From NCBI RefSeq assembly GCF_009914755.1, contig NC_060925.1: DNA of 64,000 nt; one strand, written 5' to 3'. This stretch comes from the human T2T-CHM13v2.0 reference genome, Homo sapiens. Positions 50,998 through 64,000 of the stretch are shown here, piece by piece. How positions within the stretch are numbered: position 1 is the first letter of the stretch; the number at the start of each line of letters is the position of its first letter. A program made the translations under genes and the position numbers. The notes under the pieces were generated by a model that saw nothing but the letters and a program-made list of their open reading frames with translations, did no database searches and was not told the DNA's origin.

Positions 50998-52007
50998 GCT
51001 GCACCAGAGCAAAAGCAAAACTAACTTGACTCTCACGGAGCTTACATTTTAGTGGGGGAAGATAAATAATAAACATAAGTAAATTACAAGCAGCTTTTGA
51101 GGTGAGAAGTGCTACGAGGAAAAACAGAGCAAGATAAGAAGGAATAGGAGTTTCTGTGGTTAGAGAGGGATTACAATTTTAAGTAGGGTGGTTAGACTGG
51201 GACTGAGCCTAGAGGTACCATATAGATGAGGAAAACTACCAATACACAGCCTCAATCCACTTCACTTGGGTTCTCCTGTCCCCCACTGGTCCTGATCCTC
51301 AGCACCGCCACCGTTCTTGAGCATTCATCTTTACCCTGTAACTTCCAGTTAAAGACCAAGTCACTGCCTCAAAAGAAAACAAGGTCTTTTCCATCCAGGT
51401 GCTCAGTTCAAATCCACCTGGCTCAGCCAACAGCTCCTCAGCCATCTCCCAAGGACATTCCCCAACCTGCTTTTTCTCCATTGGGAGCACAAAGCTAAAC
51501 AGCAAATGCATTCTGCCCATCATAAGGTTGTTCTAGCTCTCTCTCCCCCTCTTTTCCTACACATATATATTGTCTAAATAAAGATTAACTTTTTGAAGAC
51601 CTAACTACTATGTGCCATAAACTTCTGGCTGCTTTACAAGTATTTTATCCTCATCAAATCAAAGGAATAGGTATAATTAGCAGTATTGTATAGATAAGGC
51701 AACAAAAGCTCTGCAAACCACAAAACTGGGACTCAAATCTCCAAAACAAAACAAAACAAAAAGTTGGGGGGCAGGGAGAGCACTTCTTATCCACACCCTC
51801 TCCCAACTCCATCACTCCCATTGTACCACTGTGGTATTTCCACTGTACTGCTCTAAGTAAAACTTACGGAAAATAAAGAAACTGGGCATCAATAAAGTCT
51901 GTTTAACAGCAACATTATATTTCAGGATCAGATCTAATTTTTGTACCAAAAATATGCCTGAATAATAGAACTGCAACTTAAAAGACTGATTAAATATGTC
52001 CACCATG

Positions 52008-52399
52008 TGTTACGGACTGAATGTGTACCCCCCTAAAATTTGTATGTTAAAATCCTAACCCCAGTGTGATGGTATTGGGAGATGGGGCACGCTAACAGGT
52101 GGAGCAATTAGGTCATGAGGACAGCGCTCTCATGAATGGTATGAGTGTCTTAAAAGAGACTCCAGAGAACTCTCTAGTTTGTCTTTTTGAGGACTGTATC
52201 CATGTGAGGATACAATGAAAAGTCATCAGTCTGCAATTTGGAAAAGGCCCTTTCCAGAACCTAACCATGCTGGCATCTTGATCACAGACTTACAGCCTCC
52301 AGCACTGTGAGAAAAATACATTTCTGTTGTTTATAAGACATACAATCTATGTGTGACTTATATGTGACTTTGTTATAGCAGTCCAAACTAGGTAAGTAC
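52008..52399 (+). mobile_element. MLT1A-type MaLR solo LTR
   Basis: TGTTACGGACTGAATGTGTACCCCCC..GGTCATGAGG..CCATGTGAGGATACA..CAGCCTCCAGCACTGTGAGAAAAATACATTTCTGTTGTTTATAAG..TTTGTTATAGCAG. Confidence 0.85.
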
Positions 52400-52464
52400 T
52401 ATGGTAACATTTTCAAAGAATACTATTTCCAGTAGTTTCATTCATAATAAACGTGATCCTCTGG

Positions 52465-52640
52465 TTTATATGCATTATCTCATTTATAATCCTCACAAGA
52501 ACACAACTGAGACAGGAACTACTGATACTTCAATTTTACAAATGAGGACACTGAGCCTGTGGTCACACAGCCTATGATCTGGACCTGAACCTGTGTGCCT
52601 GAATCCAAAACCCAAGGTCACAACTAGTGCACGATCCTGA
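52465..52640 (-). mobile_element. MIR
   Basis: ATCTCATTTATAATCCTCACAA..ATTTTACAAATGAGGACACTGAG..GGTCACACAGC..CTGAACCTG. Confidence 0.7.
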
Positions 52641-55600
52641 CTCTCTGACCTTTCATATGTCTCTGTCAAGACCACTCTTGACACTGTGGTGGAGAATTAC
52701 TTTCCCTAAATAAAGGTGCAGCAACCCAACAAAGTTACTCTTCATCTTGATAAAGCCCTCAGGTATTACCCACATTCAGAGGGTAAAATCTCTACAAAAT
52801 CCTTTTGTTACAAGTCCAAAATGAAAGTTCACTGGAGTGACTCTGTTCCAGCGAAACTCTGCTGGGAAAGCCCAACGGCCTGATGGAAAGGCACAACATC
52901 CAATCTTTGGGTTCCAAGACTGCCTCTAACTCTGACATTTAGTCCAAAGGAACAAGGATATTCATTTTACTACATCTCTTGCTCAGCAACACTAGCCTTC
53001 AGCCTTAAAGAACATATCTCACAGTACACACTGAGCTTTGAGTTCCTACAACTTAGAGCAAAGGCAGCCAGGCCGATAACTCACTTTAGCAATAGCCTTA
53101 GTTACACACCCCTGAGCTCACTCTCCAGGAAAGTCAGAGGGAGTATCAGTTTTCATCATTATTAATGAAGAGTAGATTGAAGAGGATAGCATTACAGCTC
53201 TAAAACAGAGGTTCTTAAACATAATTCTAATAAGACAGACATGATGAATCTTGTTCACATTTGGACACACTAGAGTCTTCAAAAGAAACTAGTGAAAACT
53301 ACAAAAGCAGTGCTGAAAGAAATTAAGGAAAACCTAAACAAATGAATGGGTGTACCATGTTCATGAATAGCAAAACAGATACTACAGGCAACAAATTATG
53401 AGCACTTTTCATTCTATCACTTGTAATCCTAACTTCTCTTTCTCCCTTTGAAATATTTTTAAATGCAAATAACCATACTTATTTTAGAATAACCTTGAAT
53501 TTAGTTTTATCTTTTTGAGGAAAATCATTTAAAGTCTTCAATTTAACTATCAGTTGTAATGTTATTCATGATATCTCACAACCTAACTGGGATATACAAG
53601 TAGGTCTTGTTATACAGAATTACCTCTCCAAAATAAAAGCATAATGAGACCTTTTAACCATAATAAAGCAGCAAAGAAAAATCATAGTCTTTTGTCAGTA
53701 CAAAGGCTTTCATAATTCCTCATAGCTCTCAGATCTGTGTTTCTATCAACTCAAAAAGTTGGCTGGGAGTCATATGACAGAAAGGGTTAAAAATACTAAG
53801 CTGCTACTCTAGACCTGCTGGCTGAGGAGCAGGCAGGTTGCCCAGGGTTTCAGGATAGCCCGCCTCACACAGAGTAAACGTAGGGGATGCTGTACACCCA
53901 GGAATAAATTCCTCAACCAGTGCATACTCTCCTGAGGCATTCTTGTAAGCTTTTTCCAAGTTGAGCAATAAACAGAAATAATAGATTTTGGGGGGCCTTT
54001 CCTGAGTTCAGGGAGATCTGACAACATCACGAAATGTTTCGGCACAGTCCTCTGAAATTTTTCATTAGAATTCTTTTCTTCTGAATCATGTTAATAAAGT
54101 AAGATTTGGTCTGGGATTTGTACATAAGTACTTACTCACATGTTGCTCAAGCCCAAAAGGACAAGAAAAAGACGCTGAGGCCTGTCAACAGGAGGCAGGG
54201 CCAGGCTCAGGAACTGGAAGATTACTGGATGGATGTTTTCAAACAGAGCTACACACAGCTCCCTTATATAACACTCAATTGGCTTTTAGATAAGTCTGAA
54301 ATATCCTTCTATACTTTGATCTTCAGCTGTCTCCGTTGCCTTCAGAGTCAACAGAAACTGGCACTTGGCTCCAAAAGCCTCAAATCTCTCTCATCTATAA
54401 GGGACAGGGACTTCTATTATTTGTCTACAATTTGTCAAGCTGAGTTAATTATAGGTGTTATCATTCTATATGTCAAATGTAGCAAAATAATGCAAACCTG
54501 TTTACCTGTTTCTTCCTTTCCTGCATGTAGTATACCCTGACCTTAAATTGGCATGCACTTGATTTCAAATGAAGATTTTTTTAAACAGCATCTTCCAACT
54601 GCAGTAGCAGTTGGAAAATTCACTTTTTGCTGACCTGGGCCACCTAAACAGAGGACATGAGGAACCTGACTTGTTTTATTTTAAGAAGAAAAAACTATTT
54701 AAAGCCCTGATCCTGGCTCCTTTGAACATTTAACACTTAAAACCTGAATTGTTACACTACAAACTAGAGTTCCTTTTCCTCTATTTAAGAAGAGGCCCTT
54801 GCGAAGAATTTATTTAGTTAATGAAAGTTAAACAATTGTGTTTCTCTCACAAAACAAAAATAAACAAAACCTCTTGAAGATGGTCTCTGGGCTCTCTAGG
54901 TCTGCAAGTGTCCATATGAGCTCCCTCACGGAGAGCCTAGAGCAGTACACTGGCAGTTTAGAAAACAATATAGCCACAAGCACTTCTCCAAAAAGAAAAG
55001 CAACTCCCCTCTTGGCCCAATTCCAAAACGCAATTGAGCCGGGTAAGGTCCAAGCTAATCTCTGTACCGTCTCTCTGCCAACTTTCTCCTGCAGGCATTA
55101 GGTTTTTCAGCATGGGCTTTGCAAATAATCTAACAATTAATTAGTGCTTTTGAATTCACCCCATACCATTAATGGAACACTGCCAGACAGCCTTTGATAG
55201 GGTATTTCTAGAGCTAATTAAGCTTGGCAAAACAGAGGACACAAACTTCCTGGCACTCACAAGGGCCAGGCTGAGACCTGGCAGGTGACAGACAGTAAAG
55301 TTGTCCTTACAGATAATCCTGGGGTGATGAAAATGGCAGGCTGCTTGGATCAGGCTCTCGGAGTCCTCTATAATATGCCAGACCCTACTCTCAAATTATA
55401 TAACTATCAGGCTTTTCGCATTTGAGCTATTCTTTCACCCTGAAGACATTTATTTCTTCTGAGTGAAGATTTGATACTTAAAAGTTTGGTATTGCTTCTA
55501 GTCCACACCCCATCCTGTCACCCCCGAAAAGGGTTAGTTTAGAAAAAAACAAAAAGTTGTATACTAGGTTTTTTTTTACTATATCTTAAAATAAATCTCA

Positions 55601-56101
55601 TCTCAAAATGTCCTTCTTCCAATCAAAGAGTCCTTGCATAATCCAAGATTTCTCACTCCTATAACCTCAGTCACGTGGGAAATCTATTTTTTTCACTATC
55701 TAATGTCACACAGAATTCCAGACTGCTCCACATGCATGGACAGCAACATAAACACATTTTTGGGAGGGCTAGAAAAAAGCTAGCAGGGGGGCAAAAAGAA
55801 AAAATATTGTTACATTCCTCAGGACTTTTCTGGTTCAATTTCAAAAGCAGAATGACCACCACCTGAGTCTTGCGGCGAGCTCCAGAGCTGTACATAGGTT
55901 GTACGCTGCCTCTCCAAAAACAGTGATGAGGCCAGAGAAAGCAAATCAGAAAACCTTATAAACTACTCAATGGCAGTGTAAACAAATAAAAGTTAGTTTA
56001 AAACACAACTTTTCAGGCACAGAGCTTAAATATTCTCAGTCTTATCCCCACTTATAATAAATGTGGTGTCAGGGTGCTTAATAAACATCAATTACAACTT
56101 A

Positions 56102-56518
<417 letters not shown>

Positions 56519-57107
56519 TTAGAGCCCTGCTAGCAGAAATGAGGTATACCCAACTTTTAACTTTTAGTCCCTAACTCCAGAGCCACCCTCGCTAACCCAC
56601 CTAAAGTCCCCCTTTTATCCACTCAGCCCATATCACCTCTCATTACCGAAGAGTCCCTTGGCCACAGGTTCCGGGACCAATGACCCCGCCCTCAGTGACC
56701 CAACACGAATCTCCTACCTTGGTCTACTAAGTCACAAGGCAAGAAATGAGACAAGGCAAAAGAGGCACATAAAAGGAAGAAATGGTGGGGGCGGGAAGAA
56801 TTCCTTCTTTAACAACTGTTAGGATTATGTCAAGGTGTAGCCCCAGCTAATAAAGATGCACCTGGTTTCTGCAGGTGCACCACACTTACAGTCAGAGAGC
56901 TAAAGGCATCTGTGGAACTCACTGCCTCAAACCAATTTCCTCTCCAGCACATGGATCCCTCTGACCCAAACAAGTTTACCAAAGGTGTTCAAGGTAGCTG
57001 TTGTAAAGGCATGCTAAAATCAAGCTCCCTTTTATGGCACTAAGAAATTGTCTAGGTGTTTGCAGTTTCTGTGTTACAATTTGTGCATTGAGAAAACAGA
57101 TGACCTA

Positions 57108-57258
57108 TGCTGTCAAATGTGGTCCTCAGACTAACGGTATCAGCATCTTATGAGCCTGTTAAAAATCTACAGTCTTTGACCCATCAAGGCCTACTAAAAC
57201 AAAATCTGCATTTTAACAAGATCCCTGGGTGATTCTCATGCATATAAGAAAGCACTGG
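57108..57258. mobile_element. MER5A-like hAT MITE
   Basis: TCAAATGTGGTCC..CAGCATC..AATCTGCATTTTAACAAGATCCCTGGGTGATTC..GCACTG. Confidence 0.75.
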
Positions 57259-57328
57259 CCTAATATTTGTTTATAACCTCAAACTCCAAAAGCAAAACTT
57301 CCTATTCCATAAACAAGATGGTATATTC

Positions 57329-57366
57329 CACCTCTGGCAAAACCACTCACCTCTGGCAAAACCACT
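57329..57366. repeat. Perfect 19-bp tandem duplication CACCTCTGGCAAAACCACT x2
   Basis: Read directly. Confidence 0.95.
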
Positions 57367-57969
57367 ATGAATATCCTTATTATAAAATATATTTAAAAGT
57401 GATTATTTTCTTTATAGAAAAAAATCTGCTGTATCATGCTCCTTGCTCACATTTAATATGTAGTTTAACTTATAAAAATAGGTTGACCTACAACTCAGAA
57501 ACATTTACTATGTAAAACTGGATGCAACTGTATTTCTTCGAAACTGTAATTTACAACACTGTAAGAAGCACTTCTGCAAAAGGTGGTAAGACCCTCAAAA
57601 CTCATGATCCTGAAAACCAGGCCCCCTGAGAAATGAAAAGAACAAGACTTGGAAATCAGGAGGGTAAGTAAGCAAGGAAAAGAGGGTTTAGGCTATTAAG
57701 ACGATGATTTTTCAAGGACATTCATTCACAACACAAAGAGATTTTCTTTAGATGGTTTGGGGAGGTTGTTTTGTGTTTTAAGACTCAGCTTTTTCAGTTC
57801 TATAGATGTAATTATCTTTAATATTAGGCTATGGCACAGTATTCCACTGATGTGAGAAATACATCTTTATCCACTTTCCTCCTCAAAAGGAATAGGTTGG
57901 GGAAAAATTACAAAAGCATCATTCTGAATTTCCTAAGCATATGACTCCCAAGGGTCCTTCCTTCTAATA

Positions 57970-58595
57970 AGGAGTCCTGGTCATCATTATCTCTTGCCAG
58001 TATCTCCAAATCCACCTTTGCCCAACAGCCTATTCTCAGCCCAGCAGCCAGAGTGGTCCTGTTAAGACATCCTTCAGATCATATCATTCTTCTGCTCAAA
58101 CTCTCCAATGGCTCAGTGTCATTCAGAGTGAGAACCTTATGATGGCCTGCAATGCCTTGGGCTATACACACCCGCACCGTCTCCCACCCCTCAGTTAACT
58201 CTCTGACTTCCTGCTATTGCCTGAGCACTGCAAGCAAACTTCCACCACAGGGCCTCTGCACTTGCTTTTCCTGCTGCCTGGAATGCTCTTTCCCCAGATA
58301 TCCACTTAGCTCACCTCCTCCAAACCTTTGCTCAATGTTCCTAGTGAAGCCCTTCCTAATCACCTTACTTCAAATTGCAATCCCCGCTAACAATCCCCAA
58401 CCTCTTTGCTTTTTATTCGACGAACCTGCTGATATATGCATTTTGTTTGTTTCTGGTCTCTCTCCACTAGAGACATGCTTCATAAGGACAAGGATTTTTA
58501 TCTGTTTTGTTTACTACTATCTCTCCAACACTTGGAATAGTGTCTGAAATACAATAGGTACTCAGTAAATCCTTGTTAAATCAATCAATCAACAC
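57970..58595 (+). mobile_element. L2 3' fragment
   Basis: CAGCAGCCAGAGTGGTCCT..TCAGATCAT..CTCCAATGGCT..CAGGGCCTCTGCACTTGC..TGCCTGGAATGCTCTTTCCCCAGATATCCAC..AATAGGTACTCAGTAAAT. Confidence 0.85.
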
Positions 58596-58631
58596 TTTAG
58601 GAAAGTTAACTGTATTAGAAAAAAATGAAAA

Positions 58632-58950
58632 GGCCAGCGAGGTGGCTCACGCCTGTAATCCCAGCACTTTGGGAGGCCGAGGCGGGCCGATCACGAGGTC
58701 AGGAGATTGAGACCATCCTGGCTAACACGGTGAAACCCCGTCTCTGCTAAAAATACAAAAAATTAGCCGGGCATGGTGGCGGGTGCCTGTAGTCCCAGCT
58801 ACTCGGGAGGCTGAGGCAGGAGAATGCATGAACCTGGGAGGCAGAGCTTGCAGTGAGCTGAGATCGCGTCACTGCACTCCAGCCTGGGCAACAGAGCAAG
58901 ACTCCATCTCAAAAAAAAAAAAAAAAAAAAAAAAGAAAGAAAAAGAAAAA
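58632..58950 (+). mobile_element. AluY
   Basis: GAGACCATCCTGGCTAACACGG, GAGCTTGCAG. Confidence 0.95.
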
Positions 58951-59328
58951 AATGAAAAAACTCATTATTTGCACTAACCCCAAAGTCTCTCCCCTTTCTG
59001 TGCCTCAGAAGCTAGCAAAGTACCTGAATCTTAGGAGGTACTTAACGTTGACCAGACTACAAGTCTTCATCTAAAACATAGTAGTTATTTAAAAGTATAA
59101 AGAAAAGGCAAAATAAGTGGTTCTGTCCTCTAATTAACTCAAAAGGAAAAGATAAGGGCGGGCAGGAGCTATAGAGCATTTTGCTTCACCATGTAGTATT
59201 ATAACTTTAACTTTCAGCAATTTAACAACATAATTGTCATGCACAGGTGCATCCCACTGGAAAAGTTCATCACAGGAAAATGCTGTAGCAGTCCAGCGGG
59301 GTCAATGATGAAAACAACACAGCAGGGA

Positions 59329-59687
<359 letters not shown>

Positions 59688-60241
59688 CTATGCTACCTGT
59701 GTATCCTCATGGGTGGAGTAGGAGAGTAGGAAGGAAGGGAGGTGTTACTCAGATGGCCCTGGTCAATCTTCTGGACTAGGACGCAGTTACTCAGGCATAT
59801 GAGGACAAAAGGAAGCAAAACAAAGAACACAGAGCAATTTTATCATGACCTTTTCCTTTTGCCATATATGGTTCCCCTCATTGCCAACAAACAGAGTAAC
59901 TTTAAAATAATTTTTTAAATCAACATTTCCCTTTGAAGGTAGTAAAATTTTCCACATTACACTGTAGATTTTTTTAAAGATGTTTAAGAGCTGGCAAGGG
60001 AGGGCAGGGGAATAGCTGGGCTTCAGTCCCCAGAGCACCTGCTGCCTACTCCTTGGAAGGAACGTTCCAAGAGCTATGGCATTTTTCAGCCCTCTAGAAT
60101 TCCACCTGATTGACAGTGCCCTCTCAGAAAACAAAAATATGACTAGATTGAAGTTCAGGATAAATGTTTTTTAGGCCATTCTGGCAGAGATCGTTTTAAA
60201 GAAAATGAAAGTCAGTGGCTGCCATGGATGTGGTGCGGGAT

Positions 60242-60327
60242 GGGCCAATCATGCGCCTCGGTGCTGAGCAGGGTCAGTCCTAAAGGAAGGCCTCTTGCTG
60301 GCACGCTTCCCGGAACACTTCCCAGAA
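60242..60327. promoter_or_regulatory. Candidate enhancer/promoter: CCAAT box plus tandem STAT GAS sites
   Basis: GGCCAATCA at ~60243-60251; TTCCCGGAA 60307-60315; TTCCCAGAA 60319-60327; unique sequence with retained CpGs. Confidence 0.5.
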
Positions 60328-60769
60328 CACTCCCTGCTCCTACATCACTTCCAAAATCAGCGTGCTCAGAGCTCGAAGCTCTATGGGGTGATAAAGATAC
60401 CTCCAGAGTTGGATTAATTACCAAAGCAAACAAGCTGAGAAAGTCTAATTTCCTATATACACAACCGTGTGCAAGGGTAAGCTTTTAGCAATTAAAGAGC
60501 TGTGTAGGCACATACAGATAAAGCTGTGTCTTGATGGAAGTGTTGATCACTGTAAAACACACCATCACTGCTGTCCTAAAATAACCCAAATCAATCAGAA
60601 ATCCAGAAAGCTGGGTGGCAATTATACAGCCTACGATAAGGATGCAAAGCAAAGAGAAACCTCGATTCTCTTGACTTGGCTAACATCACATCTAGCAATA
60701 ATCTTACTCATTCTTGGTAAACATCCTCCCCTCCACTATATGCACATTCAGTTGCCCAACTAGCTATTA

Positions 60770-61105
<336 letters not shown>

Positions 61106-61179
61106 TTAGGCTATCCACCCCACCTCCACACACACACAGGTCCATACAGGGCAAGGGAATCTTTGAGAAATGAACTCAC

Positions 61180-61281
61180 CTTTCTCTCAACTACTGCCTC
61201 AACTCCCGTGTGTGTGTATGTGTGTGTGTGCGCATGCATGTGTGTGTTGTGTTTGCACACGCATGCACGCACATGCTGTTT
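61180..61281 (-). other. Candidate 102-nt CA-rich cryptic or non-coding exon
   Basis: Acceptor CTTCTCCATTAGATTTTTCTACAG| and donor AAG|GTGAGT. Confidence 0.25.
61208..61275. repeat. Degenerate (TG)n/(CA)n tract
   Basis: Alternating purine-pyrimidine sequence read directly. Confidence 0.85.
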
Positions 61282-61399
61282 CTGTAGAAAAATCTAATGG
61301 AGAAGGTAGGTGGGGAGGTGCTTCATCACACTTGGCTGTGCACAATATCCTCAAAGGGAATACACTCTAAAATGCAGGCTACCCTATCCACTCTGGGTC

Positions 61400-61595
<196 letters not shown>

Positions 61596-61671
61596 TAAAG
61601 TTTGGCACTCTGGTGATAACTGGTATCACATTTGACAATATCCTTTCCTTGTGTATCAAAAAGCAGAATTA

Positions 61672-62020
<349 letters not shown>

Positions 62021-62560
62021 TAATCAGCTAAAAACAATAATAATCACAGACCAAATCAACTAGCTGTGTTCTAAGACCTGAGGGTTGGCAAAAAAAAAAA
62101 AAAAAAAAAAAGAAGAAGAAGAAAAAAAGGGGAGGGGGCTTTTTTTCAGTTTGCTTTGAACCTTTGAGCCTATCCATCTTCTATCCTTACATTCCCTGGT
62201 GGTAGTCCCCTGCCAGCACCCTCCAGCCTTCCTGCCCTTATGAGTATTACAGCCTTTGATCACTCGTTTGGCAGACAGGAGATAACTATGGCAGAACCAC
62301 CTCTGAGGTTCACAGGCCGTTAACTCACATCCAAGATTTCTCTTTCAAGTACAGGATAAATGAATAAATTGAATAATGAAAATGTGGTATATATACACAG
62401 TGGAATACTATACAGCCTTAAAAAAGAAGGAAATCCTGTCATTTGCAACAACACAGATGAACATGGAGGACATTATGCTCAGAGAAATAAGCCAGGCACA
62501 GAGCGACAAATATCATATATGATCAAACTTATATGCGGAATCTTAAAAAGCCAAACTCAT

Positions 62561-62857
<297 letters not shown>

Positions 62858-63025
62858 TCAAACTCATAGAAACAGTAAAATGGTGGTTACCAGAGGCTGG
62901 GGAGTGGGGGTGGAAGGACTGAGGAGATGTTGGTCAAATATACAAAATTTCAATTAGACAGGAGGAATAAGTTCAAGAGATTGACTGTACACCATGGTGA
63001 CTATAGTTAATAACAAGGTATTATA

Positions 63026-63386
63026 GTAGCCACTGCCACCACTGAGCCTAAGTTGGCCATGACCCCTGTAGAGGTGACCCCCACTCACCTACCCCTCTAG
63101 GACTCATGCCTTCCTCAAAAATGCCTGGGCCATGGAGCTGGTGCCAGTCATGTCCTTCACCATGGGGGCCAATACTCAGCCCCTACCAAGTACAACATCA
63201 TGACCAACCAGGTGACGCCCTGAAACTATCTAGTGCCCTTCCAAGGTGGTAGGAACATGCTGACATACAGAGCCACCTCCAGGACCCCCAGTGCCCAGCT
63301 TGGAGCTGCCAAAGAAACTGTGACCACCTCACTCGACAGTGAGGAGGCCCCCTTCCTACAGCCCCCTATAAAAATGTGAAAAAAAA
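63026..63386 (+). pseudogene. NDUFA3 (complex I B9 subunit) processed pseudogene, decayed, inserted in an L1
   Basis: Pieces translate to AFLKNAWAMELVPVMSF..LSPY.KYNIMTNQVTP*NYLVPFQGGRNML..SHLQDPQ..SLE..KKL*, matching NDUFA3 ([67 protein letters not shown]). Start codon mutated (TTG at 63053), in-frame TGA at 63221, frameshifts, terminal TGA 63321-63323, 3'UTR, poly(A)-signal remnant and A-tail to ~63386, degenerate TSD. Confidence 0.9.
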
Positions 63387-63639
63387 TAATATATTTTACA
63401 CATGAAAATTGTTAAGAGAGTATATTTTAAGTGTTCTCACCACAAAAAATGATAAGTGTGTGAGGTTATGCATATGTTAAAAAGCTTGATTTACTCACCA
63501 CAATGTAGACATGTATAAAAACATCATGATGTACACCATAAATATATACAATTTTTATTTGTCAAGAGGTGCTAAGGGTGCACTATACCAAAAAGGTCAC
63601 AGGATTTGTTGGTGCAGTTTGTCTGCAAAAGCATGTCTA

Positions 63640-63825
63640 AGTTCTGGTCCAACCAAGACTTGAATTATCTTTCTAAATCACTTACTTTCTCTAAGCCCTA
63701 TTATTCTCATTCTAGAAATGAAGAAAATAGTGCCTGCCTACCCCCAGAGGCTGCTGTGAGGATCAAATGAAATACCTGTTATAAAAACATTTTTAAGATT
63801 ACAAATACAATATGGTATTATTAGC
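63640..63825 (+). mobile_element. MIR
   Basis: AAATCACTTACTTTCTCTAAGCC..TCTCAT..AAATGAAG..GGCTGCTGTGAGGATCAAATGA. Confidence 0.7.
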
Positions 63826-64000
63826 CTCTACTCAAGGCTGCCAGCTTGTACCATTCCAGACCAAGTATTAACCAGCTGGTATCTCAGCTTGCTCTCCCAC
63901 AGACACAAAGAGTTCAGAGCTTTCTGAGCAGGAAAATAGCTCAGACTAAAAGCATCTCGATTTTCCTGTGGACTCTACCTGGAATTCCAGGTACATCCAG

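Noticed and set aside
55863-55895. Possible coding first exon MYSSGARRKTQ on the minus strand
   Set aside because: Donor GTGGTG is weak and I do not recognise the peptide.

Overview
Primate (human-like; AluY copies present) nuclear DNA with no recognisable intact protein-coding exon. It is most consistent with the interior of a large intron or 5' region of a gene transcribed on the minus strand. That is an inference from the A/C-rich + strand, mostly + oriented L1 fragments and several strong minus-strand splice donors; I could not identify the host gene. The window holds about 41 Alu copies or monomers, old L1, L2, MIR and MLT1 fragments, and DNA transposon fossils (MER1B with intact 8-bp TSD, MER5A, a MADE1 split by an Alu, and a Charlie1-type hAT interrupted by several insertions). 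It also has a 5'-truncated 7SL pseudogene and a decayed NDUFA3 processed pseudogene nested in an L1. The most notable observations are: (i) the NDUFA3 retrocopy carries a 38-nt intron-end-like segment at the presumed exon 1/2 junction, a possible fossil splice isoform; (ii) a perfect 9 x 20-bp minisatellite built from a palindromic motif inside the Charlie1 fossil; (iii) a ~112-bp quasi-palindromic microsatellite in an Alu linker; (iv) a tandem STAT/GAS + CCAAT cluster; (v) several candidate minus-strand non-coding or alternative exons. I see no evidence of a wholly new biological system, and the supplied ORFs look spurious or repeat-derived. Repeat subfamily calls are by eye and boundaries are approximate.
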